Below are positions 37,279 through 47,157 of a DNA stretch of 63,111 nt, piece by piece. The stretch comes from a virus (taxonomy: Duplodnaviria; Caudoviricetes). The position numbers were made by a program, and so were the translations under genes. Positions within the stretch are counted from its first letter, which is position 1; each line of letters begins with the position of its first letter. The notes beneath the pieces were generated by a model that worked only from the letters and a program-made list of their open reading frames with translations, did not search any database and was not told the origin of the DNA. Location of the stretch: positions 1 to 63,111 of IMG/VR virus record IMGVR_UViG_3300048898_000040. The stretch is one strand, 5' to 3'.

Positions 37279-38100
37279 TTATCGAGCCCGACGACGCCGT
37301 GTCGCCGGTACCGCCTGTTCGCCCGCAATACGCGCGAGCATCTTGGGGATGCTGGGGTCAACCATACCGGTCCCCAGCTTGGTTGTGCGGTCTCTGGCAA
37401 TCCAACGGGTGCTGGACTGCGTTAGGATCTGGCGCTGAACGCTGCCGCCGTCTTCGTCGCTGGTCACCTTGCGCATGTAACCCACGACGCCGTGCTGGGC
37501 GCAGAGTGCGCTACTGAGGTCACCGCGCTTGCGGCTACCGATGGCGGGCATGGCCAGCGTGACAGTGTCCTCGCCGTCCTCAGTCTCCCGCTCGATACGC
37601 ATGGTGTGCGCAATGAACAGCGTATTGACCGGGCTGCGGCCGAGCAGGCTCAGTTGCTCCTTGAGCTTGGCCCACACGAACGGGTAATCCGCCTTGCTGG
37701 GCTGGTACTGGCTGGCCCGACGCACCTCGCTGCTGCTGAGCTGCTCTTGCCAGCAGAGCTCCTCGAGCTCGGTGACGGTGTCTACATGCACCCACTCGTA
37801 CTCACTGGCTCCGCCGCCGTATCGGATCCAGGCCACCGCCTCAACGAACTCCTTGAAGCTGTCGATACGTAGCTCGTCGGCAGTACTGCCCAGCGCCTTA
37901 GCGCTCTCGGTGCCTTCCACATCGGTGGTGAGGAACAGTGCCTTGGGTGCAGTGCCCGCCAGTACCGTCTTGCCCGAGTCGCTCTCGCCGTGCACGAGCC
38001 ACTTCTTATACCGGGGTGCTGCCTGGTCTTGCAGGCTCGTGATAGCTGTCGGTCTACGGTGCGCACTACCGCCAGTAGACGCTCTTCTCCTGGGTGGCAT
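37279..38100 (-). CDS. AAA (Sak4-like) ATPase / recombinase
   Basis: HGESDSGKT Walker A, VHVDTVT Walker B, FIAH, ARDR. Confidence 0.8.
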   Translation of the reverse strand: MPPRRRASTGGSAHRRPTAITSLQDQAAPRYKKWLVHGESDSGKTVLAGTAPKALFLTTDVEGTESAKALGSTADELRIDSFKEFVEAVAWIRYGGGASEYEWVHVDTVTELEELCWQEQLSSSEVRRASQYQPSKADYPFVWAKLKEQLSLLGRSPVNTLFIAHTMRIERETEDGEDTVTLAMPAIGSRKRGDLSSALCAQHGVVGYMRKVTSDEDGGSVQRQILTQSSTRWIARDRTTKLGTGMVDPSIPKMLARIAGEQAVPATRRRRAR

Positions 38101-38107
38101 AGCCCTC

Positions 38108-39226
38108 CTAAACTTCGACGCCGCCGTCTTGCATCGCTTCCCGATGGTCTGCATACGGGTCGCGCTTTACCAGCGTAGCGTCTGCCATGGCCCGCGCTTC
38201 CTCCGGGTCGAACTCTTCGATCTGGCACACGTCGAAAAGAGGACATCGCACGCAGTCCTCGGTCGGATGCTTCAAGAGGGGTAGCCTACCGCGCCGAATA
38301 AGGTCCATATGCGTCGCTTCTTCCAGGACCTTGCGGCCCTGGTTCACGCGCTGCTCAATGCCTCGGTCGGTCGTGTACCTGCGGAAGAGAGGGGTGGGCT
38401 GGACGGCGCGCGGGTCGCCCTTCACGTCGAGACCCCACTTGAGGGCCAGCTCGGCGAGAGCTTTCACGCCCATTTTGGGTGGCACTGCGGTGGAGATTGC
38501 GCCAGCCGCCTTCAGAGCTGTCTCGTAGTGGTGGCGCTTCGGTAGGTTGTACCGGATGCCGTCCTCGGCTACCGGCTGCGGCATCGCCTTGCGTGCCATG
38601 TTGAACACGATGCCATCGATGTGGTCCTTGGGGCCCAGCATCCCGAGATTCCGGAGAACCTCCGGGGCCACCCACAGGTACGAACCCGCCTGATCGTTCA
38701 GGTCGTAGAACGTCCAGTCCTGCTTGAACTGCGCCCGGGTCTTGTGGTCCACCAGCCGGTATACCTTGTCTACGGTGTCCCAGACGAACAGGTCCCAGGT
38801 ACCGCAGTACACCGCGATCAGCCGATTGGTACGCGGGTGCCGCACGTCAATCTGGAAGGGCTGTTCGGTATGTAGCACGTGCCAGCGCTTGTCTTCCCCG
38901 TACTTCTTGACGTACCCGGCGAGCATGGCCTTACCCAGCTCGATGCCGTCATGTACCTCTTCATCGTCGAGGTCGCCGCCCTTCTCCCACACCCGACGGT
39001 GTTCATCACCAGCCCTCTCTTCGAAGGCGTCAATGATGTCGACTAGCGACGCTCGCTTGGTTCCAGGCTGGTAGCGCACTTCGAGGGCGTAATGCCAGGC
39101 CGTTCCGAACCAGCTCCAGGTGGGTACGGTCGGGCTGCTGTAGCCCAGAACCCAGTGCCAGTACCAATACCACTGGCAGCTCTTGAAGTCACCACGCTCA
39201 CTCGTTCGGATCAGCGGGACAGCCAT
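38108..39226 (-). CDS. RecB/Cas4-like PD-(D/E)xK exonuclease
   Basis: FKSC, FGTAWHYALE, GTWDL...VDHKT, Q...Y, CVRCPLFDVC. Confidence 0.85.
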   Translation of the reverse strand: MAVPLIRTSERGDFKSCQWYWYWHWVLGYSSPTVPTWSWFGTAWHYALEVRYQPGTKRASLVDIIDAFEERAGDEHRRVWEKGGDLDDEEVHDGIELGKAMLAGYVKKYGEDKRWHVLHTEQPFQIDVRHPRTNRLIAVYCGTWDLFVWDTVDKVYRLVDHKTRAQFKQDWTFYDLNDQAGSYLWVAPEVLRNLGMLGPKDHIDGIVFNMARKAMPQPVAEDGIRYNLPKRHHYETALKAAGAISTAVPPKMGVKALAELALKWGLDVKGDPRAVQPTPLFRRYTTDRGIEQRVNQGRKVLEEATHMDLIRRGRLPLLKHPTEDCVRCPLFDVCQIEEFDPEEARAMADATLVKRDPYADHREAMQDGGVEV

Positions 39227-39239
39227 AGCCACGTCACCT

Positions 39240-39479
39240 GGCATTCCAGAACGATGAGAATAGCGCAAAGCCAGAGCGTTTCGCTTCTCGACACAGCTTC
39301 TCCTCTGTGTTGGCCAATCGACGAGTTGGGGCGAGGCTACGAAGCCCGGATGGCAACGTGGAAGAGGCCGTCCGTAAGCACCTCGCCCCTCGTCGTGCAC
39401 CAAACCGTGGGTGCCCCGGCAACGGTCATCAGAGCTTGGGACAAGATGTGGGAGTCTCGGTTACCCTGAAGCCGTTACG
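39240..39479 (-). ncRNA. Candidate structured RNA immediately 3' of a tRNA-like element
   Basis: CGACGAG/CTCGTCG, GGGCGAGG/CCTCGCCC, ACACAG/CTGTGT and GTAACGG/CCGTTGC stems. Confidence 0.45.
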
Positions 39480-39568
39480 TGGTGGGGGCTGGATTCGAAC
39501 CAGCGTCCTTCGACGGGTGGCACGCCAATGCTGCCGCCGACGCTCTAGGGCCTCTGAGCTACTCCACC
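39480..39568 (-). ncRNA. tRNA-like element with an elongated, non-canonical anticodon arm
   Basis: GGTGGAG-TA-GCTC...GAGC-G-(31-nt arm)-AGGAC-GCTGG-TTCGAAT-CCAGC-CCCCACC-A. Confidence 0.75.
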
Positions 39569-39599
39569 GTGCCGCACACGTTGCCGTGCGCGGGTCCTG

Positions 39600-40112
39600 C
39601 TAGAACGGGGCCTTGCGGACGCGCTTGGCCGGGGCGGCCGTCGGGGCCGACTCGGGCTCCGGGCCGGGAGTGGTGGCCGCCGCCTTGCGGGCGCGCGGTG
39701 CGCGAGCCGGGGTCGGGGTCTCGGTCGCCGCCTCCGCACCGGCCGGGGCTGCCTTCGCGCGCCGCGAACGGGTGGGCTTCGGGGCCTCCTCGGTGGGGGC
39801 TTCGGCCTCGACCTGAGCCGCCTTGGTGGCCTCGCGCTCGGCCTTACGCTGCGCCTTGGCGGCCTCGGCCTTCTCCTTGGCCTCGTCCACTCCCGCCAGG
39901 TACTCCTCGTAGGCGTCGGAGGCGCGGAACGCCGCCCGAGTGGTCTGCGCGAGGTACAGGTGTTCGGGGTCGATGTCCACGTCGTAGTTCGCCTTGATCC
40001 AGGCGACGTGCGCCTCCTGGAGCGCGCCGGGACCGCGCTTCTGGCCGCCGGTCTCCTCGACCACGGGCTCCGGCTCGGGGGCCGGGGCGGCTGCGCGACG
40101 GGTTCGGGCCAT
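39600..40112 (-). CDS. Ala/Lys/Glu-rich putative nucleoid / DNA-binding protein
   Basis: Short helical core plus histone-like tail; strong codon bias. Confidence 0.5.
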   Translation of the reverse strand: MARTRRAAAPAPEPEPVVEETGGQKRGPGALQEAHVAWIKANYDVDIDPEHLYLAQTTRAAFRASDAYEEYLAGVDEAKEKAEAAKAQRKAEREATKAAQVEAEAPTEEAPKPTRSRRAKAAPAGAEAATETPTPARAPRARKAAATTPGPEPESAPTAAPAKRVRKAPF

Positions 40113-40714
40113 GCTGATCTTCTCCTTGATAGGGAATGTGTACGCTCTGTTCTTGCGACCTGACCATCATGCCACGCCTACGCCAGCATCACGGCCTTGT
40201 TTATGTCTTTCTTCAGTCCAGCTATCGCTTGCGACCATGCAACCGGCGGCGGCTACCCGGTACGCTCCGCAGGCTGATTCGGTTGATGATGGGGTCACCC
40301 TGCGGCGAAGAGGGCGGGGTGGGCGCAACCACCGTCAGCTCTACTGGCTCTGAAGCGCTCTGTACTCGGCGAACCCTGCGGTACGCCCACATGCCCCCGA
40401 GTACGCCCAGAAAGGCCGCTGGCGTCGAGATGAGGCCCGCCAGATACGCTGCTACGACCACGAGCCGAACACCCCGTACCGCTTGGCCCCGCACATGCAC
40501 TCGTCTTCGTGCGCCATGCCTGGACCGATAGTGCACCAGTGCGCACCGTGATTACCCCCGACGCATACGGTTCCACCACCGACGCATCGCCAATGAACGC
40601 GAGCGCCACCGTGCTTGCTGATGTGAACCTCCGGCTCGCCCCACAGTCCCGGGTGCAGGCTCGGGTCGGTGTACCGGAAGGTGAGGAACAGTCGCCAGCG
40701 GTTCAGCAGGCGCT

Positions 40715-40999
40715 TCATAGCTCAGCCTCCATCATCGCCAGTTCCGCCTGGATAACGTTGGCTAGGTAGGTGGCCTTGTCCCGCCACCAATTGCCTGCGC
40801 CCAGTGCATCCCGTAGGGCTATGTTCACGCTCTTGATTTTGTCCTGCTGGACCACGTCGTCAACGTTGCTATCTTCCAAGTACTGGTTGAGCTCTCCGTT
40901 GAGGCGGTTCCACTTGGCGTCGAACCTCTGCGTCTGCTTCACGGCCTCCTGCATCAGAGCCCGAAGGCTTCGAAGGTAGGCGGTTTGTGCGGCGTTCAT
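40715..40999 (-). CDS. Hypothetical helical protein
   Basis: 94 aa, coupled to the helicase stop. Confidence 0.55.
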   Translation of the reverse strand: MNAAQTAYLRSLRALMQEAVKQTQRFDAKWNRLNGELNQYLEDSNVDDVVQQDKIKSVNIALRDALGAGNWWRDKATYLANVIQAELAMMEAEL

Positions 41000-42849
41000 A
41001 CTGCCTCCTTGTCGTACTGAGCGAGCTCCTTGGCGTACTCGAGGCCGCGCCGCCCGTCGAGGAGGCGTGCCTGCTTCTCGTGTCGGTCGGCTACGTTGTG
41101 ACCGAGCTTCTCGTCGATGGTGCCCATACTGCGGTACAGGTAGAAGAACACCGCGTGCGCCCGACCGCGCCGGAAGATGCGCCCGAAGAGCTGGGTCATA
41201 CTATCCGGGTCGCTCTCGTCAAGCGCGTGCAGCTCGTCGGCCGCGTCGAGCGTGATGCTGACTCCGCCCGCCTGCGTATTCAGGAGGAAGATCTGGTACT
41301 TGCGGTTGACGTGCGTGTCGCCCTGGAAGGCGCTCATGGCCGCTTCGCGCTGTCGGTCGGTGGTCTTGCCGTCGATGCGCAGCGTGTGGCGACCCTCTTT
41401 GTGCAGCCGCCGCTCGACCGCGTCGAGAAACTCGTTGTACTGGCTGGCCACCACGACCTTACGACCATCGGTTAGGTTGTCCAAGTGTGACAGCAACCTG
41501 TCAATCTTGCAGCTGAAGCCGGTGTAGACAACCCTCCCGCCCTCTTTCCGCAGAGCCCCGTTCGCGAACTGGCGAGTGCGGGTCAGGTAATCAAGCGTGC
41601 CGACAGTGCTGATAATGCCGCCTTCTACGGCCAGCTCGGCGTCCTGTGTGAACTTCTTGTACTGAGCGAGCTGCGCTCCCTCCATCTCACACATGACCTC
41701 GATCCAGTTCTTGAGGCCCTTGTGCTCTTCGCTCACCTCCTCCATGGTGCGCCGTAGCACGCGCGGCCCCATGTCAGCCCACATTCCCTTCTCGTTGATG
41801 ACCTCCCCGATACGGCGCACGGTCTTAGTGGCTCCGCCGCCATCCTTGACGTACACCTCATCTTCCTCTACCCGGAAATACTTACGCAGCCACGACCACC
41901 TGCTAGTGAACTCGTCCGGCCATAGCCAGTGCAGCGTGCCGAACAGCGCCTCGGTGCGACCGCCCTTGCCGAACGGCGTGGCGCTCACAGCTAGCTTGAG
42001 CCGGTTCGGTGCGTAGTTAAGCGCCCGGATGCCTTCTCCGGCCAGCGTAGCTCTGACCACATCCATGGCCCCGAGCACCTTGTGGCTTTCGTCCACCACT
42101 ACTGCTGACCACTCCACCTCGAAGAGGCCGGGGTACTCGTAGCCGTGGAACTCAGTAATGCGCCCCTTGCTTCGGTCAGCCCGAATACGCAGCATCTCGG
42201 ATACCACGACCAGCACCTTGAAGGGGTGGGGGTCGGCCAGGAATGCCAGAATGATCTTCTCTCTACTCGAGCGTGCGCCGTGGCAGGCGTAGACCGGGAT
42301 GTCCGTGTGTCGGGTGATTTCACGAAGCCATACCGGCCGCACCGAGATCTTGGGGCACACGATGAGAGTCGGTCCGGTGATATCAGCCTCAACCAGACCG
42401 GCTATGACACCAACCGTCTTTCCCGTACCGACCTCGTCGGCTAGCAGACCACCACCCCGGTAAGCATTGGCCACCCAAGCGGCCGTTACACGCTGATCTC
42501 CCTTCAGCCAGTCGTTCAGCCGGGGATACTGCGCAGAGAGGCGGGGGAGGGTGGCGTCGGTATCCTGGGTGCGTGCCACCTGCTCGATGCGCTCCTGGTG
42601 CGCGACCCGGAACCACTCCGCTAGGGTCTTGTGCACCCGGAGGGCTGAGCCCCACGCCGCGCGCATCTCGTAGCACTTGTCGACGCTCAGCGGGTACCGG
42701 AACACGTAGCGCCCGACCGTGCGGTCGCTGTCTGCCTTGCTGAACCGGCTGGCATCTACCTCTTTGCGCACTGCGTTAGCTGCGTCATAGTCGCTGGCCA
42801 GCACATGTACGTTGATGGTGGAAATGCCGAGGTAGGCTTCGATACGCAT
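40996..42849 (-). CDS. SNF2-like (SF2) helicase
   Basis: LADEVGTGKT, VVDESH, SATP, AGGVSITL, QLFGRIFR; ATG follows the ACTACCCGGGAGGG motif. Confidence 0.9.
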   Translation of the reverse strand: MRIEAYLGISTINVHVLASDYDAANAVRKEVDASRFSKADSDRTVGRYVFRYPLSVDKCYEMRAAWGSALRVHKTLAEWFRVAHQERIEQVARTQDTDATLPRLSAQYPRLNDWLKGDQRVTAAWVANAYRGGGLLADEVGTGKTVGVIAGLVEADITGPTLIVCPKISVRPVWLREITRHTDIPVYACHGARSSREKIILAFLADPHPFKVLVVVSEMLRIRADRSKGRITEFHGYEYPGLFEVEWSAVVVDESHKVLGAMDVVRATLAGEGIRALNYAPNRLKLAVSATPFGKGGRTEALFGTLHWLWPDEFTSRWSWLRKYFRVEEDEVYVKDGGGATKTVRRIGEVINEKGMWADMGPRVLRRTMEEVSEEHKGLKNWIEVMCEMEGAQLAQYKKFTQDAELAVEGGIISTVGTLDYLTRTRQFANGALRKEGGRVVYTGFSCKIDRLLSHLDNLTDGRKVVVASQYNEFLDAVERRLHKEGRHTLRIDGKTTDRQREAAMSAFQGDTHVNRKYQIFLLNTQAGGVSITLDAADELHALDESDPDSMTQLFGRIFRRGRAHAVFFYLYRSMGTIDEKLGHNVADRHEKQARLLDGRRGLEYAKELAQYDKEAV

Positions 42850-43006
42850 TACGCCCTCCCGGGTAGTAGACACCTGAGAAGCATAGCCTAGCTCACGGCA
42901 CGAAGCCATGAGCTGGACTTCGCCGCTCAGAGCGTGTACAGCCAGAGCTCGAAGTACAGGGCCGACACGAGCACCAGCGCCGGTGTCATAGCCGCCAGCA
43001 ACCCCT

Positions 43007-43288
43007 TCACGACCCACCTCGCAACTTCTTGACCAGCGGGTACGCGGGCAGGTTCGGCCGCATGTAATCCGAGTCGCGGTAGTAGGCGTACACGACGCTT
43101 GTACCGACAATCGTGCAGGTGCCGCGCCAGCCGTTGCCGTGCGTGAGAGCTGCCGCATACACCACTTGCCGGAAGGACTCCGGCTGACAGGTGAACTCCG
43201 CGCCCTTCGTGGCGATGAACGCCTCACCCGGCCCCAGCTTCCGCACGCCGCGTACGTAGTGATAGTACTTGCTTCCCGGTGTCAACAT
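43007..43288 (-). CDS. Hypothetical protein
   Basis: 93 aa ORF with GAGGAG RBS. Confidence 0.5.
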   Translation of the reverse strand: MLTPGSKYYHYVRGVRKLGPGEAFIATKGAEFTCQPESFRQVVYAAALTHGNGWRGTCTIVGTSVVYAYYRDSDYMRPNLPAYPLVKKLRGGS

Positions 43289-43310
43289 CGCTTCTCCTCG
43301 ATGCCGGTCG

Positions 43311-44003
43311 CTACGCGACCGTGTAGATGCTATCGACCCGCACGACGCGCGTCGGGCCGCTCATGTGCTTGCCACGGTCACTGTCGTAGCCCGCGTACTC
43401 GCGGAAGTACAGTACCCGCTCGTCACTTTCCTCGTCACGCACGACCTTGACCCACTGCGGGTCTACGTGCACCTTGCCCTCCTGCGGCACCCAGCGCCGG
43501 TCCTCCGGGCCCCAGGTTTCAGGGTCCGTGTTGGTCAGCTTGGCTAGGTCAATAGCCCATTCAATGCGGCGACCGACCAGCATGGCCTCGACGGCTTCGT
43601 CCTCCATGTCTCGGGGGATGACATGCCCGTCGCGGACAAGGGCCTCTTTGCGCATGTACGCCGGTACGCCCCTGCTGGCCGGGCCCGTGGGCTTCGGCGT
43701 GCTGCCCTTGCGCGGTGCATTCGTGCGCGGCACCTCGCCCCGGTTCACCATGGCGTAGTACCGCCGAGCCGTGCCCGCACCGCTCTTGCTGCCGGGCAAG
43801 CTGAGCTTGGCACCGATGGCCATCCAGCTCAGCTTCTCCTCGTCACGCAGGCGCTTGACCTCCTGTGCCCGAGCCAGCTCGGGGTCCTGCGGAGGAGGGG
43901 CGGGGCGGGAAGCCACCACACGCTCGGTGGCCTCCTCGACGATGGCTGCTGCCTTGCGAGCGGCAATCTTGGCGCGCATTGCGCCGCGTTCCTGCCTGCT
44001 CAT
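43311..44003 (-). CDS. HTH-containing hypothetical protein
   Basis: LRDEEKLSWMAIGAKLSL...TARRYY. Confidence 0.55.
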   Translation of the reverse strand: MSRQERGAMRAKIAARKAAAIVEEATERVVASRPAPPPQDPELARAQEVKRLRDEEKLSWMAIGAKLSLPGSKSGAGTARRYYAMVNRGEVPRTNAPRKGSTPKPTGPASRGVPAYMRKEALVRDGHVIPRDMEDEAVEAMLVGRRIEWAIDLAKLTNTDPETWGPEDRRWVPQEGKVHVDPQWVKVVRDEESDERVLYFREYAGYDSDRGKHMSGPTRVVRVDSIYTVA

Positions 44004-44212
44004 ACCGCGCCAACCGTGACAAGCACGCGCTGACCGCCGACGACCGCGAAGAAGCTGACGGTGCCCTCGTTCATGTCGGTTTCCGCGTCGCCCACGTCGG
44101 TGACCTGGTGGTCCTCGGCCTCGTTGTAGTTGGTCACGCCCTCGCCGGTGCCCCGCAGGTCGTCGAGGTGGTCAGCCAACTCCTGCGCCACGTTGGCGAT
44201 GATGTCATTCAT
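44000..44212 (-). CDS. Small acidic hypothetical protein
   Basis: ATG directly after the ACTACCCGGGAGGG motif. Confidence 0.65.
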   Translation of the reverse strand: MNDIIANVAQELADHLDDLRGTGEGVTNYNEAEDHQVTDVGDAETDMNEGTVSFFAVVGGQRVLVTVGAV

Positions 44213-44250
44213 GTCACCCTCCCGGGTAGTAGGTACATGGTCACTCTACG

Positions 44251-44742
44251 TCAGTCGATGAACGGGTGCAAGAGGTGGTCGTTGTCCCAGTCGAGCTCAC
44301 CGGTGTACGGCTTCGGCTCGTGCATGTCGCCGACCGCCCGTTCGAACTTGCCGGGAGGTAGGTCCTTTCCTCGGCCGCCACGACCACGCCGTGCTCGGTC
44401 CATAGCGGATTCATGCACTTCTTCGGGTGGCAGTAGGTTCCGCGTGTTGTCGTTGAGTGGCATATCGAAGGTCATTTGGTGTCCGTCGAAGCTGCCGAGG
44501 TACTCGCTGCTCTCATGCTCGCTCTCAGGTCGCCCGCATCGCCCCACGACGAAGGCCTCGTTAGAACCAATCTGCACGATGCAGCCCTGGCTATCATCTC
44601 GCGGCGAACCGGCATCGTACGCGTGGTCCACGATGGACTTAGCCGGGAACGGCACGTACTCATCCACGGCGGGCCCTCCGAGCTCGGCGCTTGCTCGCCC
44701 GTTCCGCCACCACGTTACGAACAGGTGCGGGTTCAGCGGCAT
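44251..44742 (-). CDS. Hypothetical protein with an H-x-Y...C...C...H module
   Basis: DHAYDAGSP...GC...RCGRPESEH. Confidence 0.5.
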   Translation of the reverse strand: MPLNPHLFVTWWRNGRASAELGGPAVDEYVPFPAKSIVDHAYDAGSPRDDSQGCIVQIGSNEAFVVGRCGRPESEHESSEYLGSFDGHQMTFDMPLNDNTRNLLPPEEVHESAMDRARRGRGGRGKDLPPGKFERAVGDMHEPKPYTGELDWDNDHLLHPFID

Positions 44743-45196
44743 TCTCGACCTCCCAGCGGTTCATGACTTGTGCGCGGACGGACTCCACGTCCGGCAGGTA
44801 CGGGTTCTGCATGACGGCCAGCACCCACGCCAGGCTACGCGCCGCGCCCACGTCGTCGGGGTCCGGCTCTTCGCCGCTGTCCTGGATGCCGATGAGCCGA
44901 TCGGTGACGACCATCATCTCGCGCCAGATGAGGTCCATGATGGTCTCGCCGCCGCAGTCGTAGCTACCCGCCTGCACGTAGGCGGCACGAAGCGCGTCGG
45001 CCAGAGCGTTAGCCGCCTCCGGGAGCAGCTCGGGGGTTTCGATAGAAGCCCGGCCACCGGAATGGCGAACACCTGCCTGGATGGTGCGCTGCTGGGTTGC
45101 TGTAGCCGGGGTCTCCTTCGCGTACACGTGACCCCAGGACCAGTACGTGCCGTCATGTTCCTCACTGCGGTGCAGCTTCGTACTACGCCCGGTCAC
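44660..45196 (-). CDS. Hypothetical protein
   Basis: GTG start after GGAGGAG; ~178 aa. Confidence 0.5.
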   Translation of the reverse strand: MTGRSTKLHRSEEHDGTYWSWGHVYAKETPATATQQRTIQAGVRHSGGRASIETPELLPEAANALADALRAAYVQAGSYDCGGETIMDLIWREMMVVTDRLIGIQDSGEEPDPDDVGAARSLAWVLAVMQNPYLPDVESVRAQVMNRWEVENAAEPAPVRNVVAERASKRRARRARRG

Positions 45197-45762
45197 TTCA
45201 CTCCTCCCGGCCAAGATGATACACCCACTCTCATTCTTCAGCCGGACCGCACACGCGACCGGGTCTGCCAGCCAGTTCATCTGCCCACCTCCGCGCAGGC
45301 ACCCGCTAGGGCGAGGGGGCCAGCAATCAGGACCCCCACAAGCACGACCAGGCCGAACATGCAGGCCCAGAACTCTCCCCTAGTCACCGTAGTTGCTCCT
45401 CGCCCCGAATTCGCTCTCGAAGCACCTCACGTGGTAGCTCTCGATACGACCGTCTAGTCTGGCTACCCGCTCGTAGGCCCTCCCCACCCCCACTCGGTGC
45501 AGGCAGCAGACGCACGTACGATTCTCGCTAGTATTCTCTCGGGTTGTCACACCCAGGATCTCAACTGCACCCCTCGGCATCAGACACCTCCTGCATCTGT
45601 ACGTTGCTCGGGTCTGAAAGGGCCGTGGCGCGCCGTTGGGCTTGCCACTGTTCCTCGAGTGCCACCTCCACCTGTTCGGGCGTGTAGCCCTCGTTGAGGA
45701 GGCGCAAGGCCAGAACGACACCCCCTTCGAATGCGCGCTGGCCCTCCGTCTTGTCGGTCATG

Positions 45763-46743
45763 TCAGCTGAGCTCCTTCGTTCCGCCACCACGGTTGATAC
45801 CGACCTGGCGAGCCGCAGCCCGGCCCGCCATCCGGCCGCGCTCTGCCGCCACGCTGTTGTAGTCCGGACCACGGCTACTGCGACCCATCGGGATGTAGTG
45901 CTCTCGACAAGCACCGCGCTTGCTCCTAGCGCACGCCTCGCACCGGGGACCCTCTTCTGCGGAGGGGAGGGCGGGGGCGGGCTTCTGCTCGGGATAGAAG
46001 GCGTAGAACGCCTCGTTGATGCGCTCCTTACGCCCGTGCAGCACCAAGCCACCACCGCTCGCGTTCGCCGCCTGCCGAGCCGACCACAGCCGGTTGCTGA
46101 GCGTGACCACGAACTGGTCGGCGTACTGCTCGCGGTATGCTGCGCCGGTAACGCCACGGCCACTCAGCATGGCCTCCTCGCCGCGTTCCTCGCACTCTGC
46201 CTTGTACAGCCGACCGACCCGGGCGAGGAACGCCTTGTCGGTGTTGCCCCACAGCGCCTGCGCCACCCGAACACGCTCCATGCCGCTGGCCCGCAGCCGG
46301 TACGCGTTCACCTGGTCGCTGACGTTCGGGTCGATCTTAGGCTCGAGTCGTTCGGCGAACACTAGGCGGGCACTGGTGAACATCATCTCCGCGTACTCGA
46401 CGTCCTCGGCGTAGCCAACGGCGTGAGCCGTGAGGCGGTAGCCCTCTTCGCCGTACTTGTACTCAGACCACTCCCGCACCTCGCAGTGCTTGGCGATGTG
46501 CCACCACATGATGTGGTACCGGTCGCGGTACTTACTGCCCTGGCTAGCCAGAACGATGTCTCGCTGCACCGGCTTGGCCACAGCCGGGTCGACCGCGATA
46601 GCCTGCTCCTGTTCGACGCGGTACTTGACCATCAGCTCTTCGGCCTTGGTGCGGTAGCTGGCCGCCGCTTCGAGGTTGCCCTCGTTCTCGTAGCTCTCGG
46701 CCGTGTCGAGCAGCGCGCGGACCTTGGCTCCCATGTCGCTCAT
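45763..46743 (-). CDS. DUF2786-like domain protein
   Basis: KVRALLDTAES...EAAASYRTKAEELMVKY; start after the motif. Confidence 0.7.
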   Translation of the reverse strand: MSDMGAKVRALLDTAESYENEGNLEAAASYRTKAEELMVKYRVEQEQAIAVDPAVAKPVQRDIVLASQGSKYRDRYHIMWWHIAKHCEVREWSEYKYGEEGYRLTAHAVGYAEDVEYAEMMFTSARLVFAERLEPKIDPNVSDQVNAYRLRASGMERVRVAQALWGNTDKAFLARVGRLYKAECEERGEEAMLSGRGVTGAAYREQYADQFVVTLSNRLWSARQAANASGGGLVLHGRKERINEAFYAFYPEQKPAPALPSAEEGPRCEACARSKRGACREHYIPMGRSSRGPDYNSVAAERGRMAGRAAARQVGINRGGGTKELS

Positions 46744-46777
46744 TGCGACCCCTCCCGGGTAGTGGTTGTGCTTTGCG

Positions 46778-46845
46778 TGGGCGTGAGCGGAATCGAACCG
46801 CACCCTCCGGGTTTCCCCGGCGCTCTCCCAGTGAGCTAAGCGCCC
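46778..46845 (-). ncRNA. tRNA-like element with a GAAA tetraloop in place of the anticodon loop
   Basis: GGGCGCT-TA-GCTC-ACTGGGA-GAGC-G-CCGGG-GAAA-CCCGG-AGGGT-GCGG-TTCGATT-CCGC-TCACGCCC-A. Confidence 0.75.
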
Positions 46846-46902
46846 TAGGTGCCACTCTACAGAATGGCGGGGTGCCCCGGGTTGCCCCGGGGCCTCCAGA
46901 GT

Positions 46903-47073
46903 TCAGGAGTTACGGTCCATGCGGGCCTTGAGCGCAGCGTTGGCACGAACCTTGTGAATGTTCTCCCGGATGTAGCTGCCACCGAAAGCTACGATGACCT
47001 TCGGGGCGCGGAAACTGTCGCACATGTTGTTCGCGGCGGTGGTGTTGACGTGGTTGCAGGTGGTGTGCGACAT
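46903..47073 (-). CDS. Small hypothetical protein (56 aa)
   Basis: MSHTTCNHVNTTAANNMC...; CCGGGAGG RBS and its own promoter. Confidence 0.6.
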   Translation of the reverse strand: MSHTTCNHVNTTAANNMCDSFRAPKVIVAFGGSYIRENIHKVRANAALKARMDRNS

Positions 47074-47113
47074 GCTGGGCCTCCCGGCTGAGTTCTTACT
47101 TGCTGATGAGAGA

Positions 47114-47143
47114 ACATTAGCAAGGAGAGGTCACGGTCCGCAA
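47114..47143 (-). promoter_or_regulatory. sigma70-type promoter
   Basis: TTGCGG-18-TAATGT then TCTCTCATCAGCAAG. Confidence 0.65.
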
Positions 47144-47157
47144 CCCCTCTGGACTGA

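Noticed and set aside
38108-39226. Cas4 as evidence of a CRISPR system
   Set aside because: There is no array or other cas gene; the context (AAA ATPase, SSB) indicates a recombination exonuclease.
39270-39435. Possible hammerhead ribozyme (CTGATGA ... GAAAC on the minus strand)
   Set aside because: I found no stem II pairing between the bases after CTGATGA and those before GAAA.
39480-39568. Functional decoding tRNA or intron-containing tRNA
   Set aside because: No canonical U-turn 7-nt anticodon loop can be assigned, and the insert is far too short for a self-splicing intron. Kept as tRNA-like instead.
40996-43227. 743-aa version of the helicase from the ORF track
   Set aside because: The N-terminal extension overlaps another gene; the ATG at 42849 follows the conserved RBS motif.
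46862-46897. SAM-IV riboswitch-like string GGCGGGGTGCCCCGGGT on the plus strand
   Set aside because: It is on the non-transcribed strand, the rest of the motif is missing, and it is explained by a simple GCCCCGGG hairpin.
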